This document shows positions 30,544-40,842 of a stretch of DNA of 64,000 bases, piece after piece. Made by a program: the position numbers and the translations under genes. Origin of the DNA: an uncultured Desulfospira sp. (lineage in GTDB: Bacteria > Desulfobacterota > Desulfobacteria > Desulfobacterales > Desulfobacteraceae); contig OY760175.1 in assembly GCA_963663165.1 (NCBI GenBank), positions 3,104,001 through 3,168,000 of the forward strand, written 5' to 3'. Under the pieces are notes generated by a model. It saw only the letters and a program-made list of their open reading frames with translations. It was not told the DNA's origin and ran no database searches. Position 1 is the stretch's first letter. The number at the start of each line of letters is the position of its first letter.

Positions 30544-32021
30544 TTAATTCTTTTCCCATTCCAGAATATGTTTTTTGACCGTGCGCCAGTCCAGGCGGGT
30601 GATCTTGGCCACTTCACCATAAGAGCCCCGGGACTGGTAAAGGGTGTGGCAGTATCCCCGGATAAGGTCCTGGGCGGTCAGGTCCCCTTTTTGAACCTGG
30701 GCCGCAAAGCCACGGCCTTCAAGCTGAGAATCCTGCCCGGCCTGGTCCATCAGGCTTTGGTACCGATGTGTGAGCATGATTCGCCTGACACACTGGGCAA
30801 ATTCCCGGACATTGCCCGGCCAGGGGTACTGCAGGCCAGGCCTGCGGGCAATGGCCTTTTTCACCATCAGCTCCAGATCCTTTGACCGGGTGCCTAAAAT
30901 CTTTTCAATGGTAAACCCGAGCAGTTCGTCTATTTCCCCGGGATCTTCTTTAAACCGCTGGCGAAGGGGCGGCATTAAAATCATGTCCGAACACAGCCGG
31001 TAAAAAAAATCAGACCTTAAGGCCCTGCCGCCTGCAATTTCACTAACCGGCCGGTTGGTGGCGGCAATGATTCTTCCCTTAAACTTTTTGGCCTCATATC
31101 CGCCCACCGGATAATAGGTCCGCTCTTCCAGAACCTTGAGCAGCTTAATCTGTAACGGGACAGGCACCTCTCCGATTTCGTCCAGAAAAATAGCGCCGTG
31201 AGCGCTTGCCCGGTCAAGAATGCCGACCCTGTCCTGAACCGCCCCGGTGAATGCCCCTTTTTTATGGCCGAACAGCTCGGATTCAATCAGGTTCTCCGAA
31301 TACTGAGAAAGGTTCAATGACAGAAAGGCCCGGTTAAAGCTTTCTTTGAACCGGCCGGTTTTGGGGTCAAAGGGGATAAAGCCTGACCGGCCGATGGCCG
31401 ATGCCACAGCGCCTTTACCGGTTCCGGTCTCCCCTAATATCAGGGTGGAAAAATCGTCCATCCGGTTCCACAGGTGGGTCTCGTAAATATCCAGGCTGTT
31501 GGTGAACACATTGTTCCACAAGGCGGCTTTCAACCGGACCATGGCAGGGCAGGAGCCCTTGATGTTCCGGTCAATAAAGAAAAAGGCCCGGCGCAGTTGA
31601 AAGCTCAAGGCAAAATAAAAAATGGCCGTGTCCCCGTCAAAGCCCCGGTCTGTGAGAAATGAAAGGGCCTCTTTAGAAAAGTTAATTTTTTCAGGCGTGT
31701 CCCCGGCGGCTATCTGGGCCTCAATATGCCGGTCAAACCGGTCTAAAAAAGATGAAAAAAAGCAAACAATATAGATGCCTTCAGGATTTGCCGGTCCTGT
31801 CCCCGGTATGCCTCAATGTCTGCCCGGCCCCCTTCAAGGGCTGAAAACCGGGCTGTAATTTGTTTGACCATCCCGTCAATGCGTTGATCGATGTCCGTAT
31901 CCCGGGAAAGCCCCGTTATCTTCAAGTCGATTTCTTGTCTTTCACGGCCAAAAGGATTGGCGGTGACCGCATCCCGGACCAGTGTAAAAAAGGCCCGCTG
32001 TTCCTGTGTGAGGGCTGGCAT
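30544..32021 (-). pseudogene. sigma54-dependent transcriptional activator (bEBP), split by a -1 frameshift in a T6 tract at 31745-31750
   Basis: GETGTGK, ESELFGHKKGAFTGA, LDEIGE, WPGNVRE, C-terminal HTH; adding one T joins ..HLF to LDRFDRHIEAQ..LSFQLRRA. Confidence 0.88.
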
Positions 32022-32161
32022 TTTCACCTCCCATATATTCAATTAATGCCTACATCTATATACTTTGAATGCCTATATATCAACCATACAGTTTAGCCCC
32101 TGCCCACCATAAAGTTAAAAATTCATTTTAATTCCAGTTGGATATAAAAAAATTCCTTCAC

Positions 32162-32177
32162 TGGCACAGGGTTTGAT
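32162..32177 (+). promoter_or_regulatory. Putative sigma54 (-24/-12) promoter of the VIT operon
   Basis: TGGCACAGGGTTTGAT versus consensus TGGCAC-N5-TTGC; divergent bEBP adjacent. Confidence 0.55.
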
Positions 32178-32223
32178 TTAATCACCAGCAAAGCAAGTCA
32201 ACGCTTAACTTAAGGAGACAGAC

Positions 32224-34257
32224 ATGAAACAGATAAAACAGCTTATTCTTTTAACCATTATCGCGGCAGCAGGGCTTGCTGCCATTCCGTTAACAGCAAC
32301 CGCCGCCGGCCTGCTCAAACCATTAAACAGCAACCAATCCACCATAGAATTACAATCCCACAAAGTGGATGTCACCATTAACAACGGCTTTGCCAGAACC
32401 CGGGTGGACCAGGTCTTTTTCAACACAGGCAGTACAGACCTTGAGGCCATTTACACTTTTCCCCTGCCCAAGGATGCGGCCCTGTCAGAACTGAGTCTCT
32501 GGATCAACGGCAAGGAAGTCATTGGCGAGGTCCTTGAAAAAGAGCAGGCCCAAAAAGCCTATACCGACCAGAAAGCCAAAGGGAATCACACCGCCATGGC
32601 CCGGCAGGATAACTATAAAACCTTTGATATCAAGGTATTTCCGGTGAAATCCAATGCCGGCACCCGGGTCTGTCTTGTCTATTACCAGCCCCTGGAAATT
32701 GATTTGAATGTGGGCCGGTACGTTTACCCCTTGGAAGAGGGGAATGTGGATGATGAGCGCATCTCATTTTGGGAAACCGATTCCAGGGTAAGTCAGGATT
32801 TTTCCTTTCATGCGGTTTTAAAAAGCGCCTTTCCGGTTAAAGACATCCGTGTCCCGGGCTTCCAGAATCAGGCCGTAATCACCGGGCCGGCCAAAACCGG
32901 GGAGACGGAAACAGAACAAGGCGGCCAGGATGCTTACGATATTCTCCTGTCTTTCCCTGAAGGCGGGACCCTGGACAAGGACATCGTGCTTTATTACCGC
33001 CTGGACGACACGGTTCCGGCCCGCGTAGAACTGGTCCCCTTCAGGCAAGCCAACAACAAAGACGGAAAATTCATGCTGGTCATCACCCCGGGCGCAGACC
33101 TTGCCCCCATTACCACCGGTACGGACTGGACCTTTGTCCTGGATGTGTCCGGCAGCATGGGTGGCCCCAAAATTTCCACCCTGGTGGCAGGGGTCCGAAA
33201 ATCCATTAAAAAAATGACCCCGGACCACCGTTTCAGGATCATCACCTTCAGCGACAATGCAAGGCAGATTACCCCGGGGTTTATTCCGGCCACCCCGGAA
33301 AATGTGGAAAGGGCCGCCGCTGTCCTGGAAAACCTGACCGCCGGTGGCGGGACCAACCTTTATGACGGGTGTGAAATGGCATACGAAGGCCTTGATGCCG
33401 ACCGGATCAACGGGATCATCCTGGTCACCGACGGCGTGGCCAATGTGGGGCCGTCCACACATGCAACGCTTCTGGACCTTCACAGGAAATATGACTGCCG
33501 GCTGTTCACCTTTGTCATCGGTAACAGCGCCAACCAGCCCCTGCTCGAAGACCTGGCCGTGGAGTCCGGGGGGTTTTCCATGAACGTTTCCTCCCATGAT
33601 GATCTTATTGGCCGGATCCTCCAGGCCAGAACCAAAATGACCCACCAGTGCCTTTATGACACCAGGGTAAACTTCAAAGGGGAAAAGATCATGCAGCTGA
33701 GCCCTGCCCTGCCCGGCAACCTGTATATGGGACAACAGCTGGTCATGTTCGGCACCTATAATTCCCCGGGACAGGTCACTGTCGAACTTGAAGGCAGAAT
33801 CAACGGACAGACCGTGTCATGGCAGACCCGGGCCGACCTTCCTGAAATAGACACGGACAACCCTGAAATTGAACGGCTCTGGGCCATGTCCGCCATTAAG
33901 GATCTCATGAAGGTTATCAGGGAATCCCACGAAGACAAGGAACTTAAACAAGCGGTAACAGACCTTGGCACTGAATATTCCCTTGTCACTGATTATACGG
34001 CCATGGTGGTCATGTCCGAACAGGAAATGGAAAATGCCGGCATTCAGCGAAACAATGCCCGGCGGGTGGAAAAAGAGCGACAGGCCCAGGCGGCAAAAGC
34101 CAACCGCCCGGCTCAAAATTACCGGACAAGCGGCGACAGGTCCTCAAGCCCCATGTTCGGCGGAAAGTCTTCGCCCGGCATCGGCACCGGGGCCATTGGC
34201 CCATTCTTTGCGGGTCTTGCCTGGCTGCTGGGCAGAATCCGCTCCCGCAGATCCTGA
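32224..34257 (+). CDS. Secreted VIT + vWA domain protein with GlyGly-CTERM-like sorting tail
   Basis: Signal peptide; VIT (EAIYTFPLP..A); MIDAS DVSGS, TDG; C-terminus GTGAIGPFFAGLAWLLGRIRSRRS. Confidence 0.92.
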   Translation: MKQIKQLILLTIIAAAGLAAIPLTATAAGLLKPLNSNQSTIELQSHKVDVTINNGFARTRVDQVFFNTGSTDLEAIYTFPLPKDAALSELSLWINGKEVIGEVLEKEQAQKAYTDQKAKGNHTAMARQDNYKTFDIKVFPVKSNAGTRVCLVYYQPLEIDLNVGRYVYPLEEGNVDDERISFWETDSRVSQDFSFHAVLKSAFPVKDIRVPGFQNQAVITGPAKTGETETEQGGQDAYDILLSFPEGGTLDKDIVLYYRLDDTVPARVELVPFRQANNKDGKFMLVITPGADLAPITTGTDWTFVLDVSGSMGGPKISTLVAGVRKSIKKMTPDHRFRIITFSDNARQITPGFIPATPENVERAAAVLENLTAGGGTNLYDGCEMAYEGLDADRINGIILVTDGVANVGPSTHATLLDLHRKYDCRLFTFVIGNSANQPLLEDLAVESGGFSMNVSSHDDLIGRILQARTKMTHQCLYDTRVNFKGEKIMQLSPALPGNLYMGQQLVMFGTYNSPGQVTVELEGRINGQTVSWQTRADLPEIDTDNPEIERLWAMSAIKDLMKVIRESHEDKELKQAVTDLGTEYSLVTDYTAMVVMSEQEMENAGIQRNNARRVEKERQAQAAKANRPAQNYRTSGDRSSSPMFGGKSSPGIGTGAIGPFFAGLAWLLGRIRSRRS

Positions 34258-34316
34258 TATTTCCAACAGGGGCTCCGAAGGGGGCCCCGCCAAACCATTT
34301 TTAAGGATATCTTTCC

Positions 34317-34940
34317 ATGAAACAAAATCACAAAGTAGAACTGGCCGTCATCTCAGGGTTGCTTTTAATGGTAAATATTCACCTGGTAACCGGCAGCCCG
34401 GACAATCCTTTCATATACCGGCCCGGCGAATCAGGTCTTGGGGGATTGGCAGCCCTCATCCTCCATCCCCTGGTCCATGTCAGCATTTACCATTTTGCCC
34501 TGGATGCGGGAGCGTTTCTTTTTCTCTGGTCAAAACTTCAGGCCGGTTTTGCCGCACGAACCGCCTGTCTTTTGATCAGTGGAATTTCAAGCTTCCTTTG
34601 TTTAATTCTTCTGGCACCGGACGCCGCCGCATCCGGCTTTTGCGGGCTGTCCGGCATTGCCCATGGGATCATGGCGGTGTTCTGCCTTGAAATGGCCATG
34701 GACCGGCGATCAAGACCGGCCGGGATTATCGGTCTGGGCCTGGTGGGAGCCAAATCCGCCGTTGAAGTGATTTTGGGACATGGCCTGTTTGGCCCCATGC
34801 ATATGGGGTACTGCGGCACCCCGGTTCCGGCCAGCCATCTGGGCGGTTTTTTTGGCGGGATCCTGGGGTTTGCCCTGGCCCAAACCATGACCCGGGCAAA
34901 TCAAACGATTCTAAAAACTTTGCATTTGAGGAAGGGATAA
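34317..34940 (+). CDS. rrtA: Rhombosortase (rhomboid-family intramembrane protease)
   Basis: H.LVH...HF..D, CGLSGIAHG (catalytic Ser), SHLGG (catalytic His); follows a GlyGly-CTERM protein. Confidence 0.82.
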   Translation: MKQNHKVELAVISGLLLMVNIHLVTGSPDNPFIYRPGESGLGGLAALILHPLVHVSIYHFALDAGAFLFLWSKLQAGFAARTACLLISGISSFLCLILLAPDAAASGFCGLSGIAHGIMAVFCLEMAMDRRSRPAGIIGLGLVGAKSAVEVILGHGLFGPMHMGYCGTPVPASHLGGFFGGILGFALAQTMTRANQTILKTLHLRKG

Positions 34941-34943
34941 ATT

Positions 34944-36905
34944 ATGATCAACAGTCAACCCCGTCTCTCTATTAAAGGAATATTCATGGGAAAACCAGCG
35001 AAACAGGATTCAACAATTGACAGCAAAGGGGAAAACAACGGTCAGTTCAGCCTGTTAAAAACCAAAAAATTCGCCCCTTTTTTCTGGACCCAATTTGCCG
35101 GGGCCTTTAACGACAATGTCTACAAAAACATACTGATCCTGATGATCGCCTTTCAGGCCGCCGCATCTTTACCGATGAATTCCGATGTGCTGATCAATAT
35201 GGCGGCCGGGTTGTTTATCCTGCCCTTTTTCCTTTTTTCCGCCTTTGCAGGCCAGATGGCCGACAAATTTGAGAAATCAAAACTGATCCGGATCATCAAA
35301 CTGGTGGAGATCGTCATCATGGGGGTGGCGGCGGTGGCCCTCTACCACGAGCAGGTGGGGTTTCTGTTGTTGCTTCTTTTTCTGATGGGAACCCAGTCTG
35401 CGTTTTTCGGGCCGGTGAAATACAGCATCATTCCCCAGCACCTGGATGAATCCGAGATTGTCGGGGGCAATGCCCTGGTGGAGATGGGGACCTTTGTTTC
35501 CATCCTCCTTGGCACCGTTACCGGCGGTATCCTGGTGAACCAGGGAAGAATTTTGGGCGGTGCCACCCTGATTGCCGTGGCAGTGGCCGGCTGGTTTGCC
35601 AGCCGGATGATTCCCAAGGCAGCCCCGGCAAGCCCGGATTTAAAGATCAGCTGGAACCTGTTTAAAGAATCCAAACGGATCATCTCCCATACCCGCAAAG
35701 ACCGGGTGGTGTTTCTGTCGATTATGGGCATTTCCTGGTTCTGGTTTCTCGGGGCCTGTTACCTGACCCAGATCCCCAATTACACCAAAACCGTGCTGTT
35801 CAGTTCGGAACAGGTGGCCACGCTTTTGCTGACCATGTTTTCCATCGGTATCGGGGGCGGGTCCCTTTTGTGTGAACGGCTTTCAGGAAAAAAAGTCGAA
35901 TACGGCCTGGTTCCCATCGGCTCCATCGGATTAAGCATTTTCGGCATTGATCTGGCCTTTGCATTTAAAGGGACTGATCCGGGAAGCCTCATGGGCATCA
36001 TTCAGTTTTTACAGTCACCAGGCAGTATCCGTGTCCTTGCCGATATCGTTCTTATCGGTATATTCGGCGGGCTTTATATTGTCCCCTTAACCGCCATTGT
36101 CCAGACCCGCAGCGAAGAAGCTTACCGTTCCAGGATCATTGCGGCGGGCAATATTATCAATGCCCTGTTCATGGTCCTGGCCGCCCTGGCCGGGGCCGTG
36201 CTGATCGGGGTGTCCGGCCTGACCATCCCGTGGTTTTTCATCACCATTACCGTGATGAATGTCTGTGTGGCCGTGTTTATCTACACCCTGGTCCCTGAAT
36301 TTACCATGCGGTGCATGGTCTGGATATTGACCCATGTGGTTTACCGGATCCGGCATGAAAACTTAAGCCGCATCCCCTTGGAAGGACCTGCCGTGATCGT
36401 GTGCAACCACGTCAGTTATGTGGATGCCCTGATTATCGCAAGCCTGTGCCGGAGACCTGCCAGGTTTGTCATGGACAAGGCCATCTTCGGCATCCCGGTC
36501 TTAAATTTTATTTTTAAAACCGCCAAGGCCATCCCCATTACCTCAAAGGCCAAAGACCCGGACCTGTATAATGCGGCATTTCAGACCATATCTTCGGAGC
36601 TGGACCAGGGAAACATTGTCTGCATTTTTCCCGAAGGCCGGCTGACCCGGGACGGCGAGATCGGGGAGTTTAAAAGCGGCATTGACAAAATACTTTCCAG
36701 AAATCCGGTACCGGTGGTCCCGTCCGCACTCCGGGGGCTTTGGGGCAGCTTTTTCAGCCATAAGGGAAAGCCGGCCTTTTCAAAACCGCCCAAACGGTTT
36801 TTTTCCAGAATCGAGTACCGGGTGGGCCACCCCATACCGGCAGAACAGGCCAGTGCCCGGCACCTTTACGAGGTAGTCTCAGACCTCAGGGGAGACCTGC
36901 GGTAA
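34944..36905 (+). CDS. MFS transporter fused to a PlsC-type acyltransferase (LplT/Aas-like)
   Basis: QFAGAFNDNVYKN, FGPVKYSIIP; C-terminal NHVSYVD (HX4D) and FPEG. Confidence 0.92.
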   Translation: MINSQPRLSIKGIFMGKPAKQDSTIDSKGENNGQFSLLKTKKFAPFFWTQFAGAFNDNVYKNILILMIAFQAAASLPMNSDVLINMAAGLFILPFFLFSAFAGQMADKFEKSKLIRIIKLVEIVIMGVAAVALYHEQVGFLLLLLFLMGTQSAFFGPVKYSIIPQHLDESEIVGGNALVEMGTFVSILLGTVTGGILVNQGRILGGATLIAVAVAGWFASRMIPKAAPASPDLKISWNLFKESKRIISHTRKDRVVFLSIMGISWFWFLGACYLTQIPNYTKTVLFSSEQVATLLLTMFSIGIGGGSLLCERLSGKKVEYGLVPIGSIGLSIFGIDLAFAFKGTDPGSLMGIIQFLQSPGSIRVLADIVLIGIFGGLYIVPLTAIVQTRSEEAYRSRIIAAGNIINALFMVLAALAGAVLIGVSGLTIPWFFITITVMNVCVAVFIYTLVPEFTMRCMVWILTHVVYRIRHENLSRIPLEGPAVIVCNHVSYVDALIIASLCRRPARFVMDKAIFGIPVLNFIFKTAKAIPITSKAKDPDLYNAAFQTISSELDQGNIVCIFPEGRLTRDGEIGEFKSGIDKILSRNPVPVVPSALRGLWGSFFSHKGKPAFSKPPKRFFSRIEYRVGHPIPAEQASARHLYEVVSDLRGDLR

Positions 36906-36922
36906 GCGTTTTGGATAGCAAG

Positions 36923-38224
36923 TTACTTTGCGCCAAGAAAGAACGGCAGGCTGTAAAGGGGGATGAACTTTACTTTTTGCTCAGGCAGTTCCTGGTATTC
37001 CCCGCTGTAAAACACCCATCCTTGAGGACAGTCCGGATACTTTTCCAGCATCAGGTGAAGGCTTCGCAAACTGCCGCCTTTACCTGATTTAACCTCAATG
37101 GGATAGACGGCTCCCCCGCAGTCAACCAAAAAATCCACTTCGGCATTGCTGCTTCTGGCATCCCTGGACCAATAATACAGGGGGCCACCCTGCCAGGCCA
37201 GCAACTCCTGCGCAACAAACTGCTCAGCCAGTTTTCCCCGGTATATGGCCAGAAGGTTTTCCTGTTTGAACTCAGCCTCGACAGGAACGTGGCACAATCG
37301 CTGGAGAAGCCCGATATCCAGCATGGCCGCCTTAAACTTTTTCGGGTTTGCGGCGGCCCCAAGGGGAATCCCCGGGGGATTACAGGATGAAATCTTATGA
37401 ACCACCCTGGCTTTGGATAGAAGATCAAAGGCTTTTCTATTGGTCTGGCCGGCATGCCCGTGGTTCAGCCGGGTATATTTAATCTGTTCTCCGGCGGCTC
37501 TGGCCGTGTTTAAAAAGACCGCGTCAAGGCATACCGGATCAACTTTTGGTGTATATTTTGAAAAATCATCCCGGAAAGAATCTAAGATCTCAGACTGAAC
37601 ACCAAAAACTTCCAGCATGGAACCGGTATCTCGCCAGGTTTTAACGCATTCGGGCATTCCCCCAATGAAAAAATATTTTTTCAATTCAGCCAGGATCATA
37701 TCTGAAACATGCTTTCCGGTGCCGGCCGGGTCGGATAAAACCGCCCGGGCCATGGGATCACGCCCTATGGCAAGAAGATACTCATAAAAGCTCATGGGCC
37801 CCATTTTGAGATATTGAACCCTGCCCACAGGGACTGAAATCTGCCCAAAGGCAAATTCAAGAAGGGAGCCTGCCGCAACCACGTGAAGATCGGGAACTTG
37901 TTCATAAAAATACCGCAGGGCCATGACAGCCCTGGGGCAGGCCTGAATCTCATCTAAAAAAAGCAGGGTGTTGCCCGGGATGATCCGTCCTGATACCAGT
38001 TCCAGAGCATTCAAGATTTCTTGCGGCTCAAGGCTTTCGGCAAAATGGACATGGAGATCTTTTCTTTTTTCCAGGTCAATTTTAACAAAATGGTCAAAGG
38101 ATTTTGAAAGGACATTATCCACCAGCCACGTCTTTCCCACCTGGCGGGCACCTCTGATGATCAAGGGCTTGCGCCGTTTGGAATGCCGCCAGTCCATGAT
38201 ATCCTTCTCTAAAACCCGTTTCAT
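36923..38224 (-). CDS. AAA+ ATPase with DUF4143 domain
   Basis: RGARQVGKT, FLDEIQ, GGMPE, AEVDF..PIEVKSG. Confidence 0.92.
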   Translation of the reverse strand: MKRVLEKDIMDWRHSKRRKPLIIRGARQVGKTWLVDNVLSKSFDHFVKIDLEKRKDLHVHFAESLEPQEILNALELVSGRIIPGNTLLFLDEIQACPRAVMALRYFYEQVPDLHVVAAGSLLEFAFGQISVPVGRVQYLKMGPMSFYEYLLAIGRDPMARAVLSDPAGTGKHVSDMILAELKKYFFIGGMPECVKTWRDTGSMLEVFGVQSEILDSFRDDFSKYTPKVDPVCLDAVFLNTARAAGEQIKYTRLNHGHAGQTNRKAFDLLSKARVVHKISSCNPPGIPLGAAANPKKFKAAMLDIGLLQRLCHVPVEAEFKQENLLAIYRGKLAEQFVAQELLAWQGGPLYYWSRDARSSNAEVDFLVDCGGAVYPIEVKSGKGGSLRSLHLMLEKYPDCPQGWVFYSGEYQELPEQKVKFIPLYSLPFFLGAK

Positions 38225-38504
38225 GTCTTCCTCCCCCCGTTCATCCTGGTTCTTACGTTCAGCTATAAAAGGATATCAATACAAATCCGGTACCGATAAA
38301 ATCCGATTTACAATTGATAATATACGATATTAATGTAGAAACTCAAGGGAGTTTTTAAAATATCTATATAGAAACTCAAGGTTAATTATAAATTTTCATA
38401 TCTTCAACATTCAAATTTTAAACCCCATTCCCCTTGGGCCTGGTTGCCGGCCCGATTGTTGTAGTTGTACAGGAGATCTTCCCTTTAAGGGGTAAGCCAT
38501 GGCA

Positions 38505-38610
38505 AGAGGGCTGGTGAAAATATCCCGCCATGATTTCATAACCCGTGTCATTGGGATGGCAAGACTCAATCATACTATAAATATCAGCCGGGGCAAAAGG
38601 ATTACAAGGT
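38505..38610 (-). pseudogene. Remnant of an SGNH/GDSL hydrolase C-terminus
   Basis: ..ADIYSMIESCHPNDTGYEIMAGYF resembles block V (DxxHPNxxGY..MA). Confidence 0.4.
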
Positions 38611-38794
38611 TGCCCATTTTGTAGTATGGTTATCAATGTCATTAACTTAAGCGTTAATACAAGAAACTAGAAACAAGAGGGTGAAGCGCCGTTGGCGCCC
38701 ATTTTATAACCCCTGCGCGCTATGCCAAATTTCTTAAGTTAATGGCATTGGTATGGTTATTGTTGTTTTAGCCGTTTTAATGGAGCGAAGCATC

Positions 38795-39331
38795 ATGAAA
38801 ATAGGGGTTATCAGCGATACTCACGGTTCATTGACCGCATGGCAGAATGCAGTGGACTATTTTAAAAGGGCCGACTTAATTATCCACTGCGGAGACCTCC
38901 TCTATCACGGCCCGCGCAATCCCCTGCCCGACGGGTATGATCCGGCGAAATTGGCAACGGCCGTGAACCAGACCCGGCAGCGGATTGTTTTTGCCAAAGG
39001 AAATTGTGACAGTGAGGTCGACCAGCTCATGGTTAACGTTCCCATTATGGCACCCTATGCCCAGGTGTTCACCCCTGACTGGCAAATTCTGGCCCACCAC
39101 GGCCACACTCTGGACATAGGTGATATGCCCGACTGGACCCACGGGTATAACCTGATCATCTCAGGCCACACCCACCTGCCCGGGATCACCAGGCAGGGCC
39201 GGCAGGTTTTCTTAAATCCGGGCAGCCCGGCCCTGCCTAAAAATGAAGATCTCACCCCCACCATTGCACTGATTGACGGGCAACGGATTTCCATTATCGA
39301 CCTTGAGAAAAGGAAAAAATGGAAACCGTAA
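38795..39331 (+). CDS. yfcE: Metallophosphoesterase (YfcE-type phosphodiesterase)
   Basis: ISDTHG, GDLLYHGPRNPLP, GNCDSEVDQ, GHTH, NPGS. Confidence 0.9.
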   Translation: MKIGVISDTHGSLTAWQNAVDYFKRADLIIHCGDLLYHGPRNPLPDGYDPAKLATAVNQTRQRIVFAKGNCDSEVDQLMVNVPIMAPYAQVFTPDWQILAHHGHTLDIGDMPDWTHGYNLIISGHTHLPGITRQGRQVFLNPGSPALPKNEDLTPTIALIDGQRISIIDLEKRKKWKP

Positions 39332-39543
39332 ACAGGGGACCGGAGACCGGATATCGCACATTATTAACGCACACGCATTACGGCCTCCGGCCTTCTGTCT
39401 GGCGGTCTCCGATCAATTCTATTAAAAATTTATCATTTCAGACCTTGAATAAAATTAGTTTAAGCTTACTTTATATTTCAAGGACCAAACGGTCTTTTAA
39501 AGTTTAAAAATGAAAAATAATATTTTATATATGAGGTGATAAA

Positions 39544-39687
39544 ATGACTGAAAAAAGAATTGAAGACTACGTCGAAAACAACAGAGAAGAGGGTGAAGGC
39601 CATGTAGATACCAGACACTACAACTTTGAGTGTGACCATCCGGACAAGCACTTGGGATGTGACCCGGGAATTGATGTGGCCGGATAG
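39544..39687 (+). CDS. Small acidic His/Cys-rich protein, 47 aa (below the ORF track cutoff)
   Basis: RBS GAGGTG; MTEKRIEDYVENNREEGEGHVDTRHYNFECDHPDKHLGCDPGIDVAG*; followed by a strong terminator. Confidence 0.7.
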   Translation: MTEKRIEDYVENNREEGEGHVDTRHYNFECDHPDKHLGCDPGIDVAG

Positions 39688-39706
39688 GCTCCGCCTTGCA
39701 GGGGTG

Positions 39707-39743
39707 AGGGGCAAAGGGCACCATGGCCCTTTGCCCCTTTTTT
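39707..39743 (+). terminator. Intrinsic terminator
   Basis: AGGGGCAAAGGGC-ACCATG-GCCCTTTGCCCCT followed by a T-tract. Confidence 0.85.
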
Positions 39744-39801
39744 ATTAAGGAATCACTGAAAGGTCAGCAATAAACCGCCAACAGGGGCAAAAACATCATC
39801 C

Positions 39802-40842
39802 TTAATTTCCGGTCCGTAATTTTTCCCAGTATTTCTGGTAAATTTCAATGGCCGGCCCCACATCGTTCTGGAACTCGCCCTGCTGGATAATTTCTTTGGA
39901 AGGGAAAATGGTCCTGCTGCCGCTGATGTCGGCGGAAAGCAGGGCAATGGCCGGTTTTACCGGGGTGGGATAGCCGTACTCCTCCACACAGGCCTTGGCA
40001 GCTTCAGCCGTCATCATAAAGTTAATAAAGGCATGGGCGGCCGTGGGATTTCTCGCTCCCTGGGGGATGACAAAACTGTCCACCCAGAAACTGGCCCCCT
40101 CTTTGGGGTAGACATACTGAATTTTGGGATTTTCCGCACTGGCCATCCAGGCCTCGCCGTTCCAGATCATGCCAATACTGACCTCGCCGGCCAGAAACGG
40201 CAGTTTGGGCGAATCTGAATTGAACAGCAGCACGTTGGGCATGAGATCCTTGAGCAGCAGGTAGGCCTGTTCGATCTCCTTAGGATCGGTGGTGTTGCCG
40301 CTGAACCCTTTAATTTTCAACGCCATTTGAAAGACTTCCCGCAGATCATCCTGGAGCAGGAGCCGGCCCTTGAATTCGGGTTTCCACAGATCCTTCCAGG
40401 AGGTGACCTGGTCCAGAGGAATGTCGTCCGTGTTGACGGCAATGCCCGTGGACCCCCACATATAGGGAATGGAATACCGGTTCCGAGGGTCATACGCCTT
40501 GTTCAGCAGTTCAGGGTCAAGGTTTTTCATGTTGGGCAAAAGGGAATGGTCCAGCGGTAAGAGCATCCCTTCCTGCCCCATCTTTGATACAAAATAGGTG
40601 GACGGCACCACCACATCATACCCGTCTTTTTTGATCAGCTTAAGTTTGGCATACATGGTTTCGTTGCTGTCATAGGTGGTATAGACCACTTCAATGCCGG
40701 TTTCTTTGGTAAACTGGTCCAGAACCGACTCCGGGATGTATTCGGTCCAGTTGTAAACATAAATTTTTTCAGCGGCCTGGGCACTGATGCCAAAAACCAG
40801 CACCAGGGCAAGGCCAACAAGGGATTTAAACAGTGTTTTCAT
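39802..40842 (-). CDS. potD: Spermidine/putrescine ABC substrate-binding protein
   Basis: VYNWTEYIP, YDSNETMYAKL, PYMWGSTGI, PKEGASFWVD. Confidence 0.94.
   Translation of the reverse strand: MKTLFKSLVGLALVLVFGISAQAAEKIYVYNWTEYIPESVLDQFTKETGIEVVYTTYDSNETMYAKLKLIKKDGYDVVVPSTYFVSKMGQEGMLLPLDHSLLPNMKNLDPELLNKAYDPRNRYSIPYMWGSTGIAVNTDDIPLDQVTSWKDLWKPEFKGRLLLQDDLREVFQMALKIKGFSGNTTDPKEIEQAYLLLKDLMPNVLLFNSDSPKLPFLAGEVSIGMIWNGEAWMASAENPKIQYVYPKEGASFWVDSFVIPQGARNPTAAHAFINFMMTAEAAKACVEEYGYPTPVKPAIALLSADISGSRTIFPSKEIIQQGEFQNDVGPAIEIYQKYWEKLRTGN

Noticed and set aside
31743..31745. TAG in the bEBP as pyrrolysine or readthrough
   Set aside because: The downstream homologous sequence is in a different frame; a homopolymer frameshift explains it.
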